Assembly: GCF_000317515.1 (NCBI RefSeq)
Contig: NC_019738.1
Coordinates: 1,745,623-1,809,622, forward strand
DNA length: 64,000 bases
Direction of reading: 5' to 3'
DNA from: Allocoleopsis franciscana PCC 7113
GTDB taxonomy: Bacteria > Cyanobacteriota > Cyanobacteriia > Cyanobacteriales > Coleofasciculaceae
The position numbers and the translations under genes are program-made. The notes below the pieces were generated by a model. That model was not told where the DNA came from and did no database searches. It saw only the letters and a program-made list of their open reading frames with translations. Position 1 is the first letter of the stretch. The number at the start of each line of letters is the position of its first letter. Positions 42,565 to 51,022 of this stretch are shown one piece after another.

Positions 42565-43206
42565 TCAGCTTACATAACTTAAAATCGGTTCCGACAGCGC
42601 CGTCACGACCGCCTTGAGACATCGATCATCAGTCAACATCCAGGAATGGAGGCGAACTGGTACCGTCACCTCTTTCCCAACAGGCATCTGCGAACTATTC
42701 GACGGGACAATGATTAAATCGTAAGGCGTCCAGATCACGGTAAAGTTCAGACGTCCGAGGATACTGATAGCATCTCGATTCAAATCCTGTAAAAACGCAC
42801 TATCTGGACGCATCTGAACACAGCCAGGACGCCAAGACAGATAGCCGGCTAAAGTGCCGTTGTTGGGAGCCGATATACTCACGAAGCGCTTGACTCGCTC
42901 AGCACCCCCCAATCGTTGAATATAGTATCGCGACACCAGACCTCCCATGCTGAAACCAACAATATCAATGGGTTGTTTGGGGTCAAAAGTCTGAGCCACA
43001 TAATCAGCCACTTGCTTGGCCAATAGGTCAAGGCAGCAGTCGCCGTTGTTGGGTATCATGTTGAAGTGATGTACTGACCAACCCCGTCGGCTCAGAGCAG
43101 GAGCCATTTTGCTAAAGACAGCAATTGTGTCGGTAATGCCGTGAATCAGCAATACAGGGTTGCGTTCGGGTTGTGTACGCCTCGTGTAATCGCTTGCACC
43201 ATTCAT
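42565..43206 (-). CDS. Alpha/beta-hydrolase (lipase/esterase-like, GxSxG)
   Basis: VLLIHGITDT...IDIVGFSMGGLVSRYY is a nucleophile elbow (GFSMG) in a compact 213-aa alpha/beta-hydrolase. Confidence 0.7.
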   Translation of the reverse strand: MNGASDYTRRTQPERNPVLLIHGITDTIAVFSKMAPALSRRGWSVHHFNMIPNNGDCCLDLLAKQVADYVAQTFDPKQPIDIVGFSMGGLVSRYYIQRLGGAERVKRFVSISAPNNGTLAGYLSWRPGCVQMRPDSAFLQDLNRDAISILGRLNFTVIWTPYDLIIVPSNSSQMPVGKEVTVPVRLHSWMLTDDRCLKAVVTALSEPILSYVS

Positions 43207-43363
43207 AATTGCTCAAATAACTCATTTAATCTAAGCTTAGTCATCTGTTGATCGATGACTGGGCGAATGTGGTACAGCTACCTCAGTGGCCTAGGTTTGG
43301 CACCAAAGTATGAGATGATTGTAAATATACATAAACAATATGAGCAGCTCTCCCACGCGAAAT

Positions 43364-43377
43364 GTAAACCTGTATAC
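43364..43377 (+). promoter_or_regulatory. Candidate NtcA-type binding site GTA-N8-TAC (tGTAaacctgtaTACt)
   Basis: Exact GTAN8TAC match embedded in an AT-rich region full of TGTAAA/TTTACA half-sites, about 235 nt upstream of the 43610 ORF. Motif match only. Confidence 0.25.
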
Positions 43378-43609
43378 TATTTACAATTTAATTGTAAACT
43401 TTTGCAAAGAAGACCTCACGAGCCTTGCACTGTGTCGCCGTAAAAATTCATAATTCAATCTGGCAGCAACTTTTGGGAAGCTTCATTATTAGAAGTAGCC
43501 ACCGGGGATTGGCAGCCGTAATATATAGTCTTGTATCAAAGATGGCAGAATATTCTTCCATATTTGGCATCTCACATAAATTCATCTAAAAGCGCAGGAG
43601 TATCTGTAA

Positions 43610-44098
43610 ATGTTTGGTTTTATCAAAAACTTGTTCGGCGGAATCGCTGCATTTTTTAGCGGACTTTTCAGTGGTAAAAAATCCAAAGATGGTGAGTCAG
43701 CTCCTAAGGCGAAAAAATCGAAAGAGTACTTCTTGGAGCTAGACGATAGTGGGAGTGTTCCATCAGCTCCTGAAGCCAAAAAGTCGGAACCCATCAAAGC
43801 GAAGGCAGCGGCTCCCGCGAAACAGGCAGAATCGTCTTCTAAATCCGCTGTCGCAACACTTGAACGCCCCAAAACTTCGACCGTTAATGAAGTCCCTTCT
43901 GGGAACGAGAAAGTAAAGGTCGAAGCGCAGCCTAACCCCCCAGCCGCAGCTACCAATGGCAAAGTCGCACCCCAAGAGGCATCGACGTTTGCTCCTAACT
44001 ACTTAATGCCCACGCCTACCAATAGTCGGCGTCGTCCAGGTCCGAACATGGATATGTTCCGGGATATGGCACGTCAGGTCAAAACACCGAATCGATAG
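43610..44098 (+). CDS. Hypothetical Lys/Ala/Pro-rich intrinsically disordered protein with N-terminal amphipathic helix
   Basis: MFGFIKNLFGGIAAFFSGLFSG then low-complexity KAKKSKE/AKAAAPAKQAE sequence. GGAG RBS 8 nt upstream. Confidence 0.45.
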   Translation: MFGFIKNLFGGIAAFFSGLFSGKKSKDGESAPKAKKSKEYFLELDDSGSVPSAPEAKKSEPIKAKAAAPAKQAESSSKSAVATLERPKTSTVNEVPSGNEKVKVEAQPNPPAAATNGKVAPQEASTFAPNYLMPTPTNSRRRPGPNMDMFRDMARQVKTPNR

Positions 44099-44111
44099 TA
44101 CCTCAGGTTTT

Positions 44112-45239
44112 TCATTTTTCCTGAGAAGAATTCTTCAGGAAAACCAATCCACTATATAACTGAAATGCTGGGTCCCAAGGCGTCTCTTTTCGACGGAACA
44201 AGTCGATATGAGAAGGCAGGTTACCCAGCATTTCTCTAAAATCGGTCGCGGTTTCGGCAAAAGTTTTGAAATCTGACCAAACTGGAACTTGAGGTAAGTT
44301 TTGGTTCAGGAAATCGACTAAGTGATTCCAGTTTTTTTGGGTCGTTCCTTGTTCGAGTGAAAGCGCTTTGGACTTCCGGCGTTGATCGGCAAGGGGCTTT
44401 GGAGAAAGAGCGAGTCCCTGCTGGAACTGATAGTTACGAGCGCCGAAACGCAGGATACTCCCTCGCTCTGGTAAATGCAGGTCACAAAACTGGACGTAAT
44501 CCAGAGTTTGGGTTTTGCGCTTAAAATTGCCACGAGCATCCCGATCCACCACTTCGTCAAACAGCGGCAATAGTCCTTCCACTCTTTGAGTGACTTCTGA
44601 CCAGTCGAAAGTCAGAGAACCCAACTGTCCCTGCTCGTTTTTGCAAACCACGGTGGGTTGAGAAGACTGGCTCTCTGGGGAAAAATAATGAACGTTAAAC
44701 ACGTTAATTTTTTTGATATCAGCGATCGCGGCACAAAAGCAAGGAATTGACGCCTCACGCAGAGATGAAACATAAAAGTTGAGTTCTCCCACAGACCCCG
44801 TGCGATACAAGCGCCAGCCGCGCATCGGTAGCTGTAACCGGGCGCTGTAGGCATCGAGTTGCATGATGCGGGCAAACTTTTGCACGGCTTCCGCTTTCGT
44901 TTCAGCCTGGATTGGTTCCAGTACCAAAACCCCCACTTGCCCACTATTCGGGTCAGCCGTTGCCTCCGCCAGAGCTTGTCGCCGTCGCTCTTTCTCCATC
45001 GCTTCTAAGCGCCCCAGTCCCTGACGGGCTTGAGATATGATTTTAGGATTAGTCGTACCCCGTAATAACTGCCGATAGACATTTTCAGCCGATTCCTGCT
45101 TGCCCGTCGCTTCATGCAATCGTCCGATATAAAGCTGAACCCAAAGGTTCTTCGGCTCCTGTTTGACCCACTGCTTGAGTAATCGGGCAGCAGTTCGATA
45201 ATCTTTACGTTCAAAGGCATCAGCCACTTGGTCAATCAT
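44112..45239 (-). CDS. Hypothetical protein with N-terminal TPR-like repeats
   Basis: AFERKDYRTAARLLKQWVKQEPKNLWVQLYIGRLHEATGKQESAENVYRQLL are TPR-type helices. The remaining 280 aa are unassigned. Confidence 0.5.
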   Translation of the reverse strand: MIDQVADAFERKDYRTAARLLKQWVKQEPKNLWVQLYIGRLHEATGKQESAENVYRQLLRGTTNPKIISQARQGLGRLEAMEKERRRQALAEATADPNSGQVGVLVLEPIQAETKAEAVQKFARIMQLDAYSARLQLPMRGWRLYRTGSVGELNFYVSSLREASIPCFCAAIADIKKINVFNVHYFSPESQSSQPTVVCKNEQGQLGSLTFDWSEVTQRVEGLLPLFDEVVDRDARGNFKRKTQTLDYVQFCDLHLPERGSILRFGARNYQFQQGLALSPKPLADQRRKSKALSLEQGTTQKNWNHLVDFLNQNLPQVPVWSDFKTFAETATDFREMLGNLPSHIDLFRRKETPWDPAFQLYSGLVFLKNSSQEK

Positions 45240-45639
45240 GACAGCTCAGGAGTGGGTAGTCACCGCTTGCTAGTTTTCCGGTTGGGCTAGCGAGTCGCAT
45301 CTCGCCTCAAGTTTCCCAGGACGGGGGGAGTCCATACATTCCCTCCTATTGTAAAAGTTTGACCTAGGACAATGATTTTTCGGACAAAAAACCATTAATA
45401 TTTTTGTACAATTTATAAAAATATTTATAAATTCCCTGAGATTTGTGATCGATTCTGTTTAAACGCAACCTCAGATCAAGCGTCCTCTTGGCTCGGAACG
45501 TTAGACAGGCAAAACGAGAGTTGAAACCCTTTATTTTTGGTAATTTTTACTATAATTAAAACCAGAGACTCACTCTTAACGGCGCAAACAACACTTGCCC
45601 ACGAGGACTCTGCCTGCACCCAGACCATCTTCCTGAACT

Positions 45640-47013
45640 ATGAACATTGAAGACCAGGAACTGATACTCGGCGCTGAAGATTACAGTCTGTTGACTGACC
45701 TTTACCAGCTCACGATGGCAGCTTGCTATACGGGCGAAGGTTTTTTTGCTCGACCCGCCTCCTTTGAGCTATTTGTGCGGCAGTTACCCAAAGGCTTTGG
45801 CTATCTGATTGCCATGGGGTTAGCACAGGCGCTGGCATACCTGGAAAAGTTTCGTTTCACTCACAGTCAGTTGGAGGCTTTGCAAGCCACAGGTATTTTT
45901 GCGGGAGTTCCGGAGCAATTCTGGTCAATCCTGGCGGATGGGCGTTTTACAGGCGATATCTGGGCGGTGCCAGAGGGAACAGCGATTTTTGCCTCAGAGC
46001 CATTGTTGCGGGTAGAGGCCCCCCTGTGGCAAGCGCAGATTGTGGAAACCTATCTGTTGAATACGATTAACTATCAGACTTTAGTGGCGACAAGAGCCGC
46101 ACGGATACGAGATGTGGCGGGGCCAGAGGCGCAGTTACTGGAGTTTGGGACGAGGCGGGCGTTTAGCCCTCAAGGCTCTATATGGGCAGCGCGGGCGGCA
46201 ATGGCGGCGGGGTTGGATGCAACCTCAAATGTGCTGGCGGCGCTGAAGTTAGGGCGAAAGCCGAGTGGGACAATGGCTCATGCCTTGGTGATGGCGATTT
46301 CTGCCATAGAAGGTAGTGAGCAAGATGCGTTTAGTGCGTTTTATCGCTATTTTCCCAATGCTGCCTTACTGATTGATACCTACGATACGATCGCAGCGGC
46401 CGAGAAGTTGGCACAACGGGAAAAGGCTGGAGAAATCCAAGTGGCGGGTGTGCGACTGGATTCTGGGGATTTAGTGACTTTGTCCCAAAAAGTGCGATCG
46501 CTCCTTCCCAATGCGACAATCTTTGCCAGTGGTGATTTGGATGAGTATGAAATTGCCAGACTCCAACAAGAAGGCGCTTGCATCGATGGCTATGGACTGG
46601 GAACGCGACTGGTTACCGGAACGCCTGTGAATGGAATCTATAAGCTGGTCGAAATTGATGGCATTGCCACCATGAAGGAATCGAATAACAAAGCCACTTA
46701 TCCCGGACGCAAGCAAATCTATCGTCAAATCATCAAGGGTAAGCTGATCCAAGACCGATTAGCACTCTTTGGGGAAACACCTCTGGAAAATGAGCAGCCT
46801 TTGTTGCAACTGGTGATGAAACAAGGTGAACGGGTACAGCCACCAGAACCTTTAACAGAAATTTCCCAGCGTACCGCCGCCTCTGTGGCAACACTTTCTA
46901 CCTCAATCCGCCAACTGGATGACCCAACTCCACTTGCCGTACAAATCTCAGATCACCTTTTGCAGCTAACTCAAGCGACTCAGCGAAGGCAGATTAGCCA
47001 GTTAACAAGCTAG
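45640..47013 (+). CDS. pncB: Nicotinate phosphoribosyltransferase
   Basis: ILGAEDYSLLTDLYQLTMAACY... followed by the family blocks GTMAHALVMA and VRLDSGDL. 457 aa. Confidence 0.85.
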   Translation: MNIEDQELILGAEDYSLLTDLYQLTMAACYTGEGFFARPASFELFVRQLPKGFGYLIAMGLAQALAYLEKFRFTHSQLEALQATGIFAGVPEQFWSILADGRFTGDIWAVPEGTAIFASEPLLRVEAPLWQAQIVETYLLNTINYQTLVATRAARIRDVAGPEAQLLEFGTRRAFSPQGSIWAARAAMAAGLDATSNVLAALKLGRKPSGTMAHALVMAISAIEGSEQDAFSAFYRYFPNAALLIDTYDTIAAAEKLAQREKAGEIQVAGVRLDSGDLVTLSQKVRSLLPNATIFASGDLDEYEIARLQQEGACIDGYGLGTRLVTGTPVNGIYKLVEIDGIATMKESNNKATYPGRKQIYRQIIKGKLIQDRLALFGETPLENEQPLLQLVMKQGERVQPPEPLTEISQRTAASVATLSTSIRQLDDPTPLAVQISDHLLQLTQATQRRQISQLTS

Positions 47014-47075
47014 CGAGTTATTTCCTCAATCTTCAACGTTCAACCTAAAAAACCATCAACCCTCAACCCTTTTTT

Positions 47076-47666
47076 ATGGTTAACATTGCTTTATTCGGTA
47101 CCAGTGCCGATCCACCAACTGCCGCTCATCAAGTCATTATCAACTGGTTATCTGATCACTATGACTATGTAGCGGTTTGGGCATCGGATAATCCCTTTAA
47201 GTCTCATCAGACACCGTTAGAACATCGATCGCAGATGTTACGGTTATTGATCGAGGGGATTGAACCGCCTCGACGCAACGTGACGCTACACCAAGCCTTA
47301 AGCAGTCCCAGAACCTTGGAAACGCTGGAAAAAGCCAGAGAACACTGGGGAGATCAAGTCAGCTTTAGCCTCGTGATTGGTGCTGACTTAATTAGCCAGA
47401 TGCCGCGTTGGTATCAAATTGATCAATTGTTAAAACAAGTGGAATTGCTCGTGGTACCGCGTCCAGGTTATGAAATAGACGAGGTAGGTTTAGAGGAGTT
47501 GAGGAAACTTGGAGCAAAAGTGGCGATCGCAGACCTGAAAGCACCCGCCGTTTCCTCCACAGCGTATCGTGAGAATGGAGATACACAAGCTGTGACACCT
47601 CCCGTTGAGGACTATATTCATCGAGAACAATTGTACACATGCCAGGACGCGGCACCCAGAAGGTAA
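47076..47666 (+). CDS. nadD: Nicotinate-nucleotide adenylyltransferase
   Basis: [16 protein letters not shown] is an (H/T)xGH-type nucleotidyltransferase motif, and the size and neighbourhood next to pncB fit NadD. Confidence 0.85.
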   Translation: MVNIALFGTSADPPTAAHQVIINWLSDHYDYVAVWASDNPFKSHQTPLEHRSQMLRLLIEGIEPPRRNVTLHQALSSPRTLETLEKAREHWGDQVSFSLVIGADLISQMPRWYQIDQLLKQVELLVVPRPGYEIDEVGLEELRKLGAKVAIADLKAPAVSSTAYRENGDTQAVTPPVEDYIHREQLYTCQDAAPRR

Positions 47667-48373
47667 ATAAAAAAGCACTAGCTGACTTTAAAGTTGGAGT
47701 TGATAATGTAATTTTTTCGGTCGATACTCAGCAAAATCGGCTACTTGTGCTGTTGGTGATGCGCCAAGATCAGCCATTCTTAGGTCAGTGGAGTTTGCCA
47801 GGGACATTAGTACGCAATGGAGAATCGTTAGAAGATGGTGCTCATCGAATTTTGGCTGAGAAAATTCGGGTGAATAATTTGTACTTGGAGCAACTCTACA
47901 CCTTTGGCGGGCCAAGTCGTGACCCACGAGAATCCCCTTCTAGCTTTGGTGTGCGATACCTATCGGTTAGTTACTTTGCATTAGTGCGGTTTGAAGAAGC
48001 CGAATTAATCGCGGATGGCGTCAGTGGAATTGCTTGGTATCCCATTAAGCAGGTGCCAAAACTTGCCTTTGATCATAATGAAATTTTGGAGTATGGTTAT
48101 CGCCGTTTACGCAATAAGTTAGAGTATAGTCCTGTTGCTTTTGATGTGTTGCCGGAAGTATTTACTTTAAGTGACCTTTATCAGCTTTATACGACTATTT
48201 TGGGAGAAAACTTTGCCGATTATTCTAATTTCCGCGCTCGTCTTTTGAAGCTGGGTTTTTTGTCGGATACAGGTCTTAAGGTATCACGAGGAGCTGGTCG
48301 TCCGGCGAGTTTGTATCGTTTTGATGCGGAGGCATTTGCACCTTTGAAGGATAAACCCTTGGTATTTATTTAA
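47639..48373 (+). CDS. NUDIX hydrolase with C-terminal winged-helix-like domain (NrtR-like ADP-ribose pyrophosphatase/regulator)
   Basis: Nudix box region [30 protein letters not shown]. The two-domain size and genomic coupling to pncB-nadD (28-nt overlap with nadD) are characteristic of NrtR-family proteins. Confidence 0.7.
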   Translation: MPGRGTQKVNKKALADFKVGVDNVIFSVDTQQNRLLVLLVMRQDQPFLGQWSLPGTLVRNGESLEDGAHRILAEKIRVNNLYLEQLYTFGGPSRDPRESPSSFGVRYLSVSYFALVRFEEAELIADGVSGIAWYPIKQVPKLAFDHNEILEYGYRRLRNKLEYSPVAFDVLPEVFTLSDLYQLYTTILGENFADYSNFRARLLKLGFLSDTGLKVSRGAGRPASLYRFDAEAFAPLKDKPLVFI

Positions 48374-48416
48374 AGTCAGAGTAAGCAATGCGTCGAAAAG
48401 AGCGATCGCACTCCAG

Positions 48417-48641
48417 CTACTTTTTTGTATTCTGGCTTTGTGGAGTATCATCAGTAGGCGATTGAGCTGCCTGTTCTGGCAGAGGCGTCATAATCTCCAG
48501 CGTTCCCATATCATAAGCCAGTCGTGCTGCGCGATGTTCTCCCAACTCCTGCAAAATCGTTTCAAATTCTTGCCAACTGACATCTCGTAACAAAACTCGC
48601 TGTCCTGGTGGTACCGATAAACGCTGGAGTTCTAACAGCAT
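48417..48641 (-). pseudogene. Uma2-family (DUF820) endonuclease N-terminal fragment
   Basis: 74-aa ORF ...LLRDVSWQEFETILQELGEHRAARLAYDMGTLEIMTPLPE matches only the N-terminal 60 residues or so of Uma2-family proteins. It is truncated relative to the full-length copy at 56651-57478. Confidence 0.45.
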
Positions 48642-48708
48642 TGTTCAAACCCATTCAATAGTTTTCGTTGAGTAATATCTAGATTTTTTGTACACTATTG
48701 TCTAATAA

Positions 48709-49188
48709 TTACCGATTAGATAAATAATCTTGTAAATCTTTGGTGCGTTGTTTCGTCAATCGCTCTAAACATCCATTGCGGAAAATTTCATAACCTGTCC
48801 CACCCCGGTTGGGATAGACTTCAAAATTACAATTGTTATCGCGAAATCGAATCCATGCCTGTTGTGCCGTCGTCAATAACCCCTTCTGCTCACCTTTTAT
48901 CGATGAAATAACTTTTTGATAAGCCTGATTCAGTTGTTTGTCTGCGGCTTGATAATACTGTTGAGAACAATACTTCATTTCGACTGTAGTTTGTGCGTTA
49001 GAACAGTCAACTCTTTGTGCGATCGCGAAGTTATTGGTGATAGGGGAATTCGCCGCTTGTGATACAGAAGGCGTGGAACTCGCCAAACTTAAGCAGAACG
49101 CGATTATCACCAACATAGATACATGAATCAATTTTTTATACATGGCTCTAATTGAATCCTTAGTATTTGAGCAATTATTTACTAGCAT
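48709..49188 (-). CDS. Lysozyme-inhibitor LprI-like (DUF1311) secreted protein
   Basis: Signal peptide then MKYCSQQYYQAADKQLNQAYQKV...QQAWIRFRDNNC, the DUF1311 helical motif. Confidence 0.65.
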   Translation of the reverse strand: MLVNNCSNTKDSIRAMYKKLIHVSMLVIIAFCLSLASSTPSVSQAANSPITNNFAIAQRVDCSNAQTTVEMKYCSQQYYQAADKQLNQAYQKVISSIKGEQKGLLTTAQQAWIRFRDNNCNFEVYPNRGGTGYEIFRNGCLERLTKQRTKDLQDYLSNR

Positions 49189-49336
49189 TACCTACCCTAC
49201 TACATGACTGAGTGCTAATGACTCGCAGACCCTTGAGCCTAGAATTTCTCCGAAAGTGGAACAAATTACTCTAAAATAAGGTCATTTTAAAATCTCAGTA
49301 ATATCTTCCCTCAGAGAGTAGACAGGGTTACGTCGA

Positions 49337-50737
49337 ATGCAACTCCGTTTCTTAAGCCAGCTATCGCTGTTTCTCGTTATCCTCACTTTCCCTTACTTCC
49401 TGCCTGCCACCCCCAAAGTTATTCGGTGTACGTTTCTGGCTTGGAATGCCCAAGCGAGTGATTTTGGACGGGATGGTCGAAATGGCTCTGATGGGCAAAC
49501 TGGACGACGGGGACGAGATGGTCAAAGTCAAACCATTTTTGCCAACGGTTCTCCGGTGAATTTGGATTTGTCCGGGGAGGATGGCTTGGATGGGGATGAT
49601 GGCAGAGAGGGTGACGATGCCGACTGTGGTAGGCAGCCGCGAGATGTTGACCGTAACCTACGTGCGGCTGATGGCGGGAAAGGTGGCAATGGGGGTAATG
49701 GTGGGGATGGGGGTAATGGCGGTTCGTTGACAATTTATTACACCAATCCCGCCGACTTAAAACAAATCTTTGTGCGTGCGACAGGGGGTAGAGGAGCCAG
49801 AGGTGGTCGAAGGGCTGAGGGGGGTAGGGGTTGCAATTGTCGCGATCGCAACTGGGAAATCCAAACCTGTAAGGGGACTCCAGGAAGTCCTGACTATAGT
49901 TGCAAAACTCGTAAGTTCTCTTGCGAAGATGGTCGGGATGGTAGTAATGGCAGCGATGGGAAGGATGGGAGTGATGGCACTCTGGGTCGCATCACATTGA
50001 TTCAGCGGAGTGAGACACTTGCGGCAGATAACCCAACAGTAACGGTGGGAATGGCTCAACTCAAAGACCAGGTTTTTCCACTGTCTAAAAATATATTCCA
50101 AACTCGCAAGGGTGCATCATCTGTTTTAGCACCCGGTTCGGTGATGGCGGATCAATACCTGGAGTTTGTAGAACGTGCGGAAAGTTCATTTCAGGTGGTC
50201 TGGAATGCCACGCGACCGATTACTGATTTTGCCAGGGAACAGGTAAAGGTGAGTCTGGAAGATGACAAACAGGTCAAGGTTTCTTTCCCGGAAGAGGTTT
50301 GGGTGGATGGTACAACCTCCCAGCAAGGTGGAACGACTCAGTTTATTGCCAGTAATGTCATCCTCAAAAAAGAAGCCACTCAGCTCAAACGAGCCGATTT
50401 TTCGGGGAGTGGGACAGACCTGAATTTTGCTGTAATCGACGCTGCCGGAAAGTCCGATCTGATTACGACTCAGTTTCGGATTAAGTATAAAGTATCCGAA
50501 TCGGGCGATCGCTTTCGTGATCGCTTTGATTATCGCACCCGTTATGAAGGCGATATTCCAGCAGAATTGGTGACTCGTAGCAACAATCGCTTCGTGATCA
50601 ATATCGGTAAATTGCCGATTTCCCCCCAGTACCTCAAATCGGGATTACCCGTGGAAATCGAATTAGTGGCAACTCGCTCTTTTGCGGGACGTTCTGCGGA
50701 GCAAAAAATTGAATGGCGGGGAGAAATCCGGCGCTGA
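49337..50737 (+). CDS. Hypothetical secreted protein with short collagen-like G-x-x triplet runs and Gly/Asn-rich stretch
   Basis: Signal peptide; GRDGRNGSDGQTGRRGRDGQ, GEDGLDGDDGREGDD, GGKGGNGGNGGDGGNGG, DGRDGSNGSDGKDGSDG; Cys-rich segment; about 230-aa C-terminal domain of unknown fold. Confidence 0.5.
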   Translation: MQLRFLSQLSLFLVILTFPYFLPATPKVIRCTFLAWNAQASDFGRDGRNGSDGQTGRRGRDGQSQTIFANGSPVNLDLSGEDGLDGDDGREGDDADCGRQPRDVDRNLRAADGGKGGNGGNGGDGGNGGSLTIYYTNPADLKQIFVRATGGRGARGGRRAEGGRGCNCRDRNWEIQTCKGTPGSPDYSCKTRKFSCEDGRDGSNGSDGKDGSDGTLGRITLIQRSETLAADNPTVTVGMAQLKDQVFPLSKNIFQTRKGASSVLAPGSVMADQYLEFVERAESSFQVVWNATRPITDFAREQVKVSLEDDKQVKVSFPEEVWVDGTTSQQGGTTQFIASNVILKKEATQLKRADFSGSGTDLNFAVIDAAGKSDLITTQFRIKYKVSESGDRFRDRFDYRTRYEGDIPAELVTRSNNRFVINIGKLPISPQYLKSGLPVEIELVATRSFAGRSAEQKIEWRGEIRR

Positions 50738-51022
50738 GATGTTCCTAGAGGAGGATGCGATCTGAAAGAGTAAGTGAAATGCATACTATAGATAAAAATC
50801 AATAGTTGCTATTACTCTTTGCCTATATAAGCAGACGTTACGGTCATGATTATCAAATTCTTTAATTTAATCCTTTTTTTTTTGCCAATCCACTAGTACA
50901 CTCAGTAACAAAGCTTAAAAAAAAATTAATCTAGCGCATTCATCAGTTCTGGTAGTAACAGAACTGGCTCACCATTGCTTTCACAGACGTGAGCATTTCT
51001 CCCTTCAAAACAGGTAAGCTCG

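Noticed and set aside
45240-45639. Possible tRNA or small RNA in the long pncB upstream region
   Set aside because: I found no cloverleaf-compatible sequence and no T-loop GTTCRANYC motif on either strand by eye. The region looks like a simple AT-rich promoter.
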